Virus record (IMG/VR): IMGVR_UViG_3300029544_000210
Location: 20,406-84,405 of that record
Origin: a virus
Lineage: Duplodnaviria; Heunggongvirae; Uroviricota; Caudoviricetes
Direction: 5' to 3' (one strand)
Length of the DNA stretch: 64,000 bases
Under the pieces are notes generated by a model. It was given only the letters and a program-made list of their open reading frames with translations, searched no databases and was not told the origin of the DNA. Positions 32,695 to 40,930 of the stretch are shown piece by piece (position 1 is the first letter of the stretch; every line of letters begins with the position of its first letter). The position numbers and the translations under genes were made by a program.

Positions 32695-32796
32695 GTTTTG
32701 TATCTATGTTAAATTAAACATATCTAAAACAAAGAACATAGTATATTGTTGGTTAAAGTAGTTTTGTATCTATGTTAAATTAAACATATCTAAAAC
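32695..32796. CRISPR. mini CRISPR-like array 1: two 36-nt direct repeats (GTTTTGTATCTATGTTAAATTAAACATATCTAAAAC) flanking one 30-nt spacer
   Basis: Exact 36-nt repeat at 32695..32730 and 32761..32796. Spacer 32731..32760 is AAAGAACATAGTATATTGTTGGTTAAAGTA. Lies directly downstream of the Cas12/TnpB-like gene's 3' end. Confidence 0.75.
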
Positions 32797-32900
32797 CTCA
32801 AATCACACAGATACTATTAACATAGATTCTAACGAGTGCCATTAATTAACAACCTCGCCATTCAGGTGCAAAATCACCTGCAATCTTACGATTGATTAAG
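32797..32900 (-). ncRNA. candidate tracrRNA/omegaRNA-like scaffold 1 (conserved in all three cassettes; contains an anti-repeat)
   Basis: Begins CTCAAA right after the repeat. Contains TTAACATAGAT, complementary to ATCTATGTTAA inside the repeat. Shares CTCAAA...ACATAGATT...GAGTGC...AAAAT...GCAAT...GATTGAT blocks with 34479..34560. Sits where a TnpB omegaRNA would be, abutting the gene's 3' end. Confidence 0.55.
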
Positions 32901-32906
32901 TAGCAC

Positions 32907-34295
32907 TTAAGCTACTTTATTATTCTCTGAACCATTCTTACTTTGTTCATATTTTTCAGAGATATCATAATATTCTCTTGCTTCCTGTTTACTCTTTTCA
33001 GTAACTTGTCCACTTCCCATCCAAAGAGTTGACATTGCAATGTTTCTGGCAGCATTGAAGTCTGCATTAAAACCAGTTTTTTCATATTTTTTATGACTAT
33101 CACAATTCTCATTTGCACATTCAAATACTGACTGTGACTTTCTCTGACCAAACTCCCAATTACCACATACACTACAAATCTGTGATGTATAACAAGGATT
33201 GATTTTTCTTACTTCTATTCCGTATTTAGCTGCTTTATATGTAATATAATCTTGAAGTTTATAATAACTCCAATTTCTCAGGATAAAATCACTTGTATCA
33301 TATCCTGTTAAATTCTCAATATTTATGTATTTAGCATTATGTTTTAAAGCAAAATCAACGACTCTTTTACTTATCATATGACAATATGTTTCAACAAAAT
33401 GTACTTCTGCTTTCTGCAATCTTTCTAATGCTTTCAGTTTCTTTGCTCTACCATGACCACCAGAAGTATTTCGTAATGACTTCTGTAATCTTTTTCTCTG
33501 AGCTTGCATTTTAGTTCTTATTCTTAGAAAATCATCTGCATTTCCAATTGCCAATCTCTCGTAAAGATTATTGTTTAAAGCACACATAGCAGGAACTGCA
33601 ATGCCTAAATCAACACCTACTACTATATTTTCATCCAGCTCTCTAAGTTGTTTTGGAATAGATATTGAGAGATTTAAAATGATTGACTTACCATCAATTT
33701 CAATGCTACTTCCTTGCACTTTATAATTCTCTTCTAATATATTCTGAATAACAGATCTTAACTCTAATGACCTATGCGGATTGCCAAACACAACCTTAAA
33801 TACAATTTTATTAACCCACTTGACATATACCGCCAAATCAGAATCATTAATCTTGTCTAAAAAATCATGATATGTTTCATACTCATGATAAAAAGTTAAG
33901 TTTCTGCCTCTTGTAATAAGTGGATTAGTTCTCTTATAATTTGTTACAGTTCGTTCACCTTTAGCCAATCCATTCTTTAAAGCTGTGCTGAAATCCTGCT
34001 TGACTTTCTGAGTAACGGCTGATGGAGTGTCTACACCAGTTGCAAAATCAATATCTTTTAATATGATATTAGAGTTTGTCATTATTTCTTTCTGTCTTGC
34101 CTTAAATTCTTCATTCTTAATATCACGATTATATTTGTAATATTCACTCATAAGCTGTCCCATAAGCAGGTTACAAGCCTGATATTGAGCATACTGACCA
34201 TTTCTAATAAAGTTATATACTCTATTGATTTCATCCTTATCTCCTACTGGAAATAATTTAATTTTTCTACAAATTGTCATTCTATTGTTTCCCAT
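32907..34295 (-). CDS. TnpB / Cas12-like RuvC nuclease (462 aa), candidate compact type V effector
   Basis: RuvC-I VGVDLGIAVP; RuvC-II KYINIENLTGYD; zinc finger CYTSQICSVCG...C..ENC; RuvC-III FNADFNAARNIAM (the DxNAAxNI signature of TnpB/Cas12). No TnpA (Y1 HuH) ORF nearby. Confidence 0.85.
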   Translation of the reverse strand: MGNNRMTICRKIKLFPVGDKDEINRVYNFIRNGQYAQYQACNLLMGQLMSEYYKYNRDIKNEEFKARQKEIMTNSNIILKDIDFATGVDTPSAVTQKVKQDFSTALKNGLAKGERTVTNYKRTNPLITRGRNLTFYHEYETYHDFLDKINDSDLAVYVKWVNKIVFKVVFGNPHRSLELRSVIQNILEENYKVQGSSIEIDGKSIILNLSISIPKQLRELDENIVVGVDLGIAVPAMCALNNNLYERLAIGNADDFLRIRTKMQAQRKRLQKSLRNTSGGHGRAKKLKALERLQKAEVHFVETYCHMISKRVVDFALKHNAKYINIENLTGYDTSDFILRNWSYYKLQDYITYKAAKYGIEVRKINPCYTSQICSVCGNWEFGQRKSQSVFECANENCDSHKKYEKTGFNADFNAARNIAMSTLWMGSGQVTEKSKQEAREYYDISEKYEQSKNGSENNKVA

Positions 34296-34376
34296 AATTT
34301 GTAAATCTCCTTTTATATTTTTTGTAATTTTAAATATCTCTAAAATTAAACAGCTTACAAGTACAACAACGCAAGT

Positions 34377-34478
34377 GTTTTATACCTATGTAATTTTATA
34401 TGTATCTAAAACTTCTATATCTTCAACAATTTCAACAGGTTTGTTTTATACCTATGTAATTTTATATGTATCTAAAAC
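34377..34478. CRISPR. mini CRISPR-like array 2: two 36-nt repeats (GTTTTATACCTATGTAATTTTATATGTATCTAAAAC) flanking one 30-nt spacer
   Basis: Exact repeats at 34377..34412 and 34443..34478. Spacer 34413..34442 is TTCTATATCTTCAACAATTTCAACAGGTTT. The repeat shares GTTTT...ATCTAAAAC termini with array 1. Confidence 0.75.
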
Positions 34479-34560
34479 CTCAAACTTATTACATAGATTT
34501 TCATGAGTTGCATTGCACTCACGATTCGGCAGTAAAATCTACCGCAATAGAATTGATTTT
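34479..34560 (-). ncRNA. candidate tracrRNA/omegaRNA-like scaffold 2
   Basis: CTCAAACTTATTACATAGATTTTCATGAGTTGCATTGCACTCACGATTCGGCAGTAAAATCTACCGCAATAGAATTGAT. Contains the anti-repeat ATTACATAG (complementary to the repeat's CTATGTAAT) and a short hairpin TGAGT..ACTCA. Confidence 0.5.
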
Positions 34561-34585
34561 AATTTCATTTATATATTCTTTTAAT

Positions 34586-34741
34586 GAGATGTAATTTTAT
34601 ATACTTCTAAAAATTTATAACTTGTGTCGATACATATTATGTAATTTTGCTAGTATGTAACTATACTTCCAAAACAACTGAAACATCTCCTCTCTGTTGC
34701 CAGATATTTTGTTAGTATGTAATTTCATATACTTCCAAAAC
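34586..34741. CRISPR. degenerate mini-array 3: three imperfect ~25-35-nt repeats (..GTAATTT(T)ATATACTTCCAAAAC) with ~27- and 31-nt spacers
   Basis: Repeat-like copies at 34586..34613, 34641..34675 and 34707..34741. Spacers 34614..34640 and 34676..34706 (AACTGAAACATCTCCTCTCTGTTGCCAGATA). Confidence 0.5.
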
Positions 34742-34840
34742 TTCAAATTACATATAAATTACATACTTTTCAGTGAGTGATATAATCCTCACTATTCGGA
34801 CTCAAAATAGCCCGTAGTCAAAAGACTAATTGTTATAGGA
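34742..34840 (-). ncRNA. candidate tracrRNA/omegaRNA-like scaffold 3
   Basis: TTCAAATTACATATAAATTACATACTTTTCAGTGAGTGATATAATCCTCACTATTCGGACTCAAAATAGCCCGTAGTC... AAATTACATACT is an exact 12-nt complement of the array-3 repeat core. Hairpin GTGAG..CTCAC. Ends with ATTCGG..CAAAAT..G blocks shared with scaffold 2. Confidence 0.5.
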
Positions 34841-35507
34841 TAAACTGGCTTGAATTAGCCAAATAGATTTGTTATAATAGAACATATATAGTTTATCCTA
34901 TATTTTATTCTCTGAGCAGATTGTTTAGGTCGGTAAACTTGTGCAATCTGTTCTCTTCTATTTAATATCTTCCCAATCGGTTTCATCCTTATCATTAGCA
35001 AAATTCATGAATAAGTGAATATATAATTCAATAATTCGCTCCTTTGATAAGGCTTGTAACTGTTTTCTAAGTTCATTTCGCTTATTTGTATCTTTATCCA
35101 TTTTATTATTCTCCTGTATTTTAGCATCTTACTAACAAGCTACTTATATCATCAGCAAGTACTTCTCTGTCAGTAACAATCCATTGACACCTAAAATCTC
35201 TATCTGCACATAACGAAGTAAAATCAGCATAACTTTGTATCTTATCTGGCTTTGCTATTGCTCTATAACACTGTTTTCTTCTTTCACATGTTTTGCTTGT
35301 ACACATTGTAATATCTGGCATAGTTATTTTTCTCCCTTATACTCTTTTAAAATATCCTGTAAATTGCTATAGTGTGTATACATAAATTGACCATACCCAT
35401 TATCTTTTTTGAATCCGTCTAATTGCATATATAAACAAATATCAGACAAGGTTTCCATTATTTCAATTTGCATTTTCTTTTTTAATACAATACTTTTTAA
35501 CAATGTT

Positions 35508-37052
35508 TTAATTAACACTAGCTGTTCTTCCTTTCTCCATATTATTTAAGAAATTTATGTAATTATCAAAATCTCTCTTCATATATCTATAATTTACTTC
35601 CTGCGAAGAACTATATGTCTTATCAATTGAATTCTTCTGATACTGTTCAATCCAAGTTGCAAGTTCTTCATCCTTATCAGTTTTATAAGCATAAGCTGTT
35701 AATGCCATTAACGCTGCTTCACACTGTTTATATAACGATGAATTTATATCAATATATACATCAACAAAATCTTGATATTCACTTATATCTTCATTCTCTA
35801 TATCTTCTGCCACACTATTTTGAACAAACTGTAATACATCAGAACTACCCGTATTCTGTTCTGATATATTACTATCTGTTTCATCGTCTTCATTAGAAGA
35901 CATAGTATTATTCTCTGTTTCAGAGATAATTTGTACTGTGTTTTCTGTTGTATTTTCAACAACTTCTTCGATTTCTGAATGAGTTTCTTCCTTATTTATA
36001 TGTAAATATTCTTCCATAAGCTTAGTAACCATATCTAACTTAGCCATTACAACTTTTTTATCCTTTGTGCTTCGGTTGCTATCATATGTATCAAATGATT
36101 CATTATCATATTCTTTAAATGTCTTGCTATGTAATATTCCCTGAAATTCATTTAAGAAATCAGCAAATTTAATATCTTCTATGTTATATGAAGTAAACTT
36201 ATGAAAAGCTGCCAACCAAATAAAGCTATTCTTGCTATTAAATAACTGTCCGTTAGTATCTTGATCTATTACTTTTTGTAATCTATTAAGTTCCTCTTCT
36301 AATATATTGAATTCCTCTTCTGCGGCATTTTCATTAAGATACTTAGCCATAGCTACGTTTTTCTTCCAAGAATCAGAATGGAACATTAACATTAATGACT
36401 CTTCAACTACTCTATTTAATACTTCTTTCTTTCTTTCAGGTGCTGTATATTCACCACAGTCCAAGAAGAATCTATTCTTTGTAACCCTTTTAAGTGAATC
36501 TACCACTTTATACATCATCAAAACATTTTTCTGATTTGTATTCATACTTGTCTGCTTATTATATCTATCAATATGATAAGCTATCTCTTCATTAGTACAA
36601 TCAAGATGCTTAACTATATCTACCTGGAAATTATCAAATTCTTCTCTTAACTCATCTGGAAGGTCTTTGTATTTCTTACCTCTTAAATCATACTCAACAA
36701 CATTACCACTTCCATCTTCAGCTTGATAAGCTATCATAGACATTCTCAATGATTTTCCCATTGCAAAGACATTATTTTTAAACTCTTCCAATACAGTTAA
36801 TCTCTGTAATCCATCAATAAGCCAGTTTGTGAAACTATTTTCGTAAATCTGTTCACATAATTTAATTGAATCAATATCTTCATGTTTAATTACACTGGCA
36901 GCAAGTCCAGATTTTGCTTCGTCCGACCACTGATCAGGTTTTCTCTGTAATGGATGATTCTTATTGATTACATTTGTTCTAAACTGCTTAATCACCGTTC
37001 CTAACATTAATTGTGTCTTTACTACCTTATCTCTTCCTAACATTACTGCCAT
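35508..37052 (-). CDS. DUF262 / ParB-like nuclease-superfamily protein (514 aa)
   Basis: LIDGLQRLTVL matches the DUF262 DGQQR-type motif seen in GmrSD/DndB/BrxU-like proteins. Acidic Ser/Asp/Glu-rich C-terminal region. Confidence 0.55.
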   Translation of the reverse strand: MAVMLGRDKVVKTQLMLGTVIKQFRTNVINKNHPLQRKPDQWSDEAKSGLAASVIKHEDIDSIKLCEQIYENSFTNWLIDGLQRLTVLEEFKNNVFAMGKSLRMSMIAYQAEDGSGNVVEYDLRGKKYKDLPDELREEFDNFQVDIVKHLDCTNEEIAYHIDRYNKQTSMNTNQKNVLMMYKVVDSLKRVTKNRFFLDCGEYTAPERKKEVLNRVVEESLMLMFHSDSWKKNVAMAKYLNENAAEEEFNILEEELNRLQKVIDQDTNGQLFNSKNSFIWLAAFHKFTSYNIEDIKFADFLNEFQGILHSKTFKEYDNESFDTYDSNRSTKDKKVVMAKLDMVTKLMEEYLHINKEETHSEIEEVVENTTENTVQIISETENNTMSSNEDDETDSNISEQNTGSSDVLQFVQNSVAEDIENEDISEYQDFVDVYIDINSSLYKQCEAALMALTAYAYKTDKDEELATWIEQYQKNSIDKTYSSSQEVNYRYMKRDFDNYINFLNNMEKGRTASVN

Positions 37053-37070
37053 TGTAATATTCTCCCTTCT

Positions 37071-37727
37071 TTAATTAAATAATAATGATATGTATTCGTA
37101 TGACTTTAGAATCTTCATACAGTCTAATAATTGTTGTTCTGTTATATGTAATAATTCCATAATTTCATCTCGATTGTATTCTTGAGAAAATAACTTTGCT
37201 ACGCCTCTAACTCTTTTAGGTAAATTGCTAAGATATAGTTCAACCTTATCTGTATATTCCTCCGCAATGAGAATATCTTCTATGTTTATCTTGGATGATA
37301 GTGTTTCTTTTAAATTCTGTGTTTCGTCACTATCCAAGTCAAATGAAACATTGTCAATTCTTATAGGTCTTTTCTTGCCATTAACATCTTCATATATAAT
37401 CTTTCCATTACCATCTCTGGCAAGATTATTTCGGCAGCCTGTATATTTATTATCCCGAAACCAACTGTAAGACGATCTTGAAATATTACCCGTTAGGTAA
37501 GTTTCAAATTTTGCCTTACTTTTAGCGTCATATGTAACTAAAGATTCTATTAATACTTCTATAGCATCGTCAAGCAATTCATCTTCTTCGTAATTATCAA
37601 CCTTACCTTTCCATATTTTATAGCAAATATTTTTTAACTTCTTCATTTCATTTGCCATATATAAATCAAGTATTTCTGACAATTTAGGATTGTTTTTAAT
37701 AACCAACATCATTTCTTTATTAATCAT
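37071..37727 (-). CDS. sigma-70-family sigma-factor-like protein (region 4 HTH)
   Basis: C-terminal LSNLPKRVRGVAKLFSQEYNRDEIMELLHITEQQLLD resembles sigma region 4. Confidence 0.45.
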   Translation of the reverse strand: MINKEMMLVIKNNPKLSEILDLYMANEMKKLKNICYKIWKGKVDNYEEDELLDDAIEVLIESLVTYDAKSKAKFETYLTGNISRSSYSWFRDNKYTGCRNNLARDGNGKIIYEDVNGKKRPIRIDNVSFDLDSDETQNLKETLSSKINIEDILIAEEYTDKVELYLSNLPKRVRGVAKLFSQEYNRDEIMELLHITEQQLLDCMKILKSYEYISLLFN

Positions 37728-37763
37728 GCCATCTACCTACCTTTCCATTTATATATTCTCGAT

Positions 37764-38471
37764 TTACTTCGCACTTTTTTCATCTTCTTCTATTTCCGTA
37801 ACACGATACTTATATTTTCTATGTAATAATCCATCAACAGCTTTCTGAATACGCTCTTTTTGAAATTTTGATGGTTGCTTTATTTCATCCAATACATCAG
37901 ATATAATCATTAGTTCATCCTTTAATTCACGTCTTCTTCTACGATTCTTACGAAGTCTGACATATAACAGATATCCTTTATACATATTCATATCATTCTC
38001 TAATTCAGCATCATGAACAATATCTATAAGTTCATCATCACAAGTATTAAGTTCAGCTATGAGTATGTTACTTCTCGCTTCCGCTTCATTTAACGTCTGT
38101 CCAATTGAACCGAATTTATCAATCCATTGTGAAACGGATTCGGGTATTTTATATGTATTATTTTCTATGGTTTTAGGTGGTATATCAGGTATTGCTTCGA
38201 TATGAAAACCATATCTCTTTAATGTTTTTGGTAATGAATGTAATATATTTCTTGCTTTTGTTTCACTAAATATACCTTTCATTTTTTCTGCACAAGTTTC
38301 TGTTTTCCCATTATTGACACGGATATAAACTTTGCCACTTCTTATTACATAATCCAAAAAAATCACTCCCTTCTGACTTTTGGCGTACTTTAATAAACTT
38401 TGGGTATACCAAAGAAAAATTAAAACACTATTAAATTTGGTAATTTTTGGAAAAAATGTACGAAAGTACAT
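37764..38471 (-). CDS. hypothetical basic protein (235 aa)
   Basis: ORF track entry. Arg/Lys-rich (KNRRRRREL). Upstream is a 340-bp non-coding region. Confidence 0.4.
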   Translation of the reverse strand: MYFRTFFPKITKFNSVLIFLWYTQSLLKYAKSQKGVIFLDYVIRSGKVYIRVNNGKTETCAEKMKGIFSETKARNILHSLPKTLKRYGFHIEAIPDIPPKTIENNTYKIPESVSQWIDKFGSIGQTLNEAEARSNILIAELNTCDDELIDIVHDAELENDMNMYKGYLLYVRLRKNRRRRRELKDELMIISDVLDEIKQPSKFQKERIQKAVDGLLHRKYKYRVTEIEEDEKSAK

Positions 38472-38812
38472 TGACTAAAAATAAAGAAATATCATATAAT
38501 AAATGTGAGTAGAGTACATTGTTGCTCTTCTCCTTCGTAGAAAGAGGCTATATATGATGATGTTCAAAAAGTGTTTGGTCGCACGAGCATCCGTATAGTC
38601 TCTTTTATTTCTTATTTCCATTTCCATATTGCATATTATAATCCGAACATGTATTCGATGTCAATAGAACACAAACATATATTCGAAACAATTTTGCATT
38701 TTATTTTATACACACTGCATAAAATCTCAAATTATGTAAAGATAAAATATAGCAGAATTATTACGAATACTATATTTTATCATATTTTCTATTCTATTAT
38801 CTGGACAAATTA

Positions 38813-39112
38813 TTATAATAGTATGTCATGCATTATTCCTCTTCTAATGATATTCTTTATATTCTGTTCTGTATTAAAAAGCTGCATGTGTGGAATATAT
38901 TCATCTTCATTCATAATAATTGTCTTTGACTTCTTTACTAAAAGACATCCATCATCAGGTGACGCAATTTTTTTTGACGAAGTATTATTATCAAAATCCA
39001 TTGTAAGTATTACTACATTTTTAGGATTTTTACCTTCAGTTTTCAACTTCTGTAATCTTTCTATAGCTTCATCAATTGTTGAATAATCATATGCTTCTGT
39101 CTTCATAAACAT
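38813..39112 (-). CDS. hypothetical protein immediately downstream of the MazF-like toxin
   Basis: ORF track entry. 16 nt after the mazF-like stop. Confidence 0.4.
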   Translation of the reverse strand: MFMKTEAYDYSTIDEAIERLQKLKTEGKNPKNVVILTMDFDNNTSSKKIASPDDGCLLVKKSKTIIMNEDEYIPHMQLFNTEQNIKNIIRRGIMHDILL

Positions 39113-39127
39113 ATTCTCTCCTCTCTC

Positions 39128-39478
39128 CTATATCATAGCCAGACTTATTTTCATCGCTTCCATAACACGAACATTATCATCATTAGATAAATTACCAATC
39201 TTAAACTTTAGTCTATCTTTATCTATTGTGGTAATTTGTTCAAGAGCTACAACAGAATCGTGTTTTAATCCGTTGAATTTATCTTTATGTAACTCAACGT
39301 GAGTTGGTAATTCCCTTTTAGACTTCGTAGTTATAATGGCAATAATAGTGGTAGGGCTAAATTTATTTCCAATGTCATTCTGAAGTATTAACACTGGTCT
39401 TCTACCACTCTGTTCAGAACCCTGAGAATCATATCTACCTACATCTGCGAAGTATATTTCACCACGTTTTATGTCCAT
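39128..39478 (-). CDS. MazF/PemK-family mRNA interferase toxin
   Basis: IKRGEIYFADVG...GSEQSGRRPVLILQND...PTTIIAIITT...DSVVALEQITTIDKDRL. Start taken at MDIKRGE, which is preceded by AAGGAGG. Confidence 0.8.
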   Translation of the reverse strand: MDIKRGEIYFADVGRYDSQGSEQSGRRPVLILQNDIGNKFSPTTIIAIITTKSKRELPTHVELHKDKFNGLKHDSVVALEQITTIDKDRLKFKIGNLSNDDNVRVMEAMKISLAMI

Positions 39479-39501
39479 TGCTTTAGCCCTCCTTTCTCTG
39501 T

Positions 39502-39530
39502 TTGTTCCTTTGATATTTTGTATTATATAC
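39502..39530 (-). promoter_or_regulatory. consensus sigma70-type promoter for the mazF-like gene (TTGACA, 17 nt, TATAAT)
   Basis: On the minus strand: TTGACA (39530..39525), a 17-nt spacer, then TATAAT (39507..39502), roughly 25 nt upstream of the SD/ATG. Confidence 0.6.
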
Positions 39531-39626
39531 TTCACTATATATATTGTCAAGTATTATTACAATTATTTTTTATATTTATTTTTTCTTTTATATATGGTAC
39601 TCTATGTATATAGGAGGATTGCATTT

Positions 39627-39893
39627 ATGAGATTATCTATTCAAAATAAGTTAAAAGAAAAAAATATGACACGTTATGAACTGGCTAAAAAAATAGGAGT
39701 AACATATCCAACAATCGACAAAATCTATAAAGGTGAATCAACCTCGATTAAATTTGATATTTTAGAATCAATCTGCAAAGAATTAAACTGTTCACCAATT
39801 GAAATACTTGATACAGATGATGCTCAAATGAAACGATTACTAGCTTATACAAATGAATTTTATAAATTAAATAATAAGGACGACACAAACTAA
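39627..39893 (+). CDS. XRE-family HTH transcriptional regulator (Cro/CI-like)
   Basis: MTRYELAKKIGVTYPTIDKIYKGE...ILESICKELNCSPIEIL. Start at ATG 39627, preceded by TAGGAGGA. Divergent from the mazF-like gene. Confidence 0.7.
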   Translation: MRLSIQNKLKEKNMTRYELAKKIGVTYPTIDKIYKGESTSIKFDILESICKELNCSPIEILDTDDAQMKRLLAYTNEFYKLNNKDDTN

Positions 39894-39913
39894 TCTGTAT
39901 TGTCCTTTACATA

Positions 39914-40930
39914 TCACATATTATTTAGTACATTTTTCATTCCCACTGCTCCATTTGCATAATTTTTGACAGTTGTTTTTACACTACTATGCCCAAGCTG
40001 CTGTTGTACGAATGCAAGATTTCCATTTTGATTCATTACAGTAGCATAATAATGTCTCATCATATGTGCAGTAATACCATTTCCGTAATTTTCAAATATC
40101 TGCTTAATATTTTTCTCTGTTGTACGTGTTCCGTTTTTATTAATAAAAACTGCTTCTGTATCAATAATATTATCCAATGTCAACCTATACTCTAACCACT
40201 CTTTCAATGCTTTTAAGGCTGATCCGCTAAGATATACGGTTCTATTTTGCATTTCTCTGTACACACCTTTGCCAAGAATAGTAATGTATGGCATTTCTTC
40301 CTTCAAATGTAAATCAGATAAATCTAAGCCAGCAAGCTCTGACTCTCTTATACCAGTGCCCCTTAATACCCTAAAGATAGCAATATTCCTATTTTTTACT
40401 GCAATATCCTTTTTCCACATTATCTTCTCTTCCATGTCATTAAGCTGCTTTTCTGTTGGAAGTTTTTTTATTAAGTTGTTTCCAGATGGGATTCCCTTAT
40501 ATTTAATCATTTTGTAAAAATCTTCTATATTACTATAAACTTCTCTTAACAAACACTCTCTGTATGAATAAATATCCTGTATAAAACTTTTAATGATATT
40601 TTTCCTTGTTTCTGTTGTGGTTGGTGACATTCCATTTGTTTCCTTATATCTAAGATATGAACTAATATTTTGTGGTCTTAGGTCATTAAAATCAGAAACT
40701 TCTATTTCAGAAATTGATTTCTTATTAATAATATTACTTTCAATCAACCACTGTAAAAAATCTTTAATTGCCACTAAATAATTTAGCGCTCCGTTTTTGC
40801 TTTCCAACTCATTTAAGTAATCTCTTAAAAATTGTGGTGCATTTAACTCATCTAATTTTTTATTAAGCTTCTCCGCATTTTTATTCTGCACTTCTATTTT
40901 ATAACACATTATCATCAACCTACCTTTCAT
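39914..40930 (-). CDS. tyrosine recombinase / phage integrase family
   Basis: C-terminal HMMRHYYATVM...LGHSSVKTTVKNY catalytic box (R..H-R-H..Y). Confidence 0.8.
   Translation of the reverse strand: MKGRLMIMCYKIEVQNKNAEKLNKKLDELNAPQFLRDYLNELESKNGALNYLVAIKDFLQWLIESNIINKKSISEIEVSDFNDLRPQNISSYLRYKETNGMSPTTTETRKNIIKSFIQDIYSYRECLLREVYSNIEDFYKMIKYKGIPSGNNLIKKLPTEKQLNDMEEKIMWKKDIAVKNRNIAIFRVLRGTGIRESELAGLDLSDLHLKEEMPYITILGKGVYREMQNRTVYLSGSALKALKEWLEYRLTLDNIIDTEAVFINKNGTRTTEKNIKQIFENYGNGITAHMMRHYYATVMNQNGNLAFVQQQLGHSSVKTTVKNYANGAVGMKNVLNNM

Noticed and set aside
32797-32830. Alternative reading: the sequence after array 1 is a third, degenerate repeat (ATACTATTAACATAGATTCTAAC)
   Set aside because: The similarity to the repeat is in reverse-complement (anti-repeat) orientation, not direct. 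The same position in cassettes 2 and 3 shows the same anti-repeat logic, so a scaffold/anti-repeat reading fits better than a degenerate terminal repeat.
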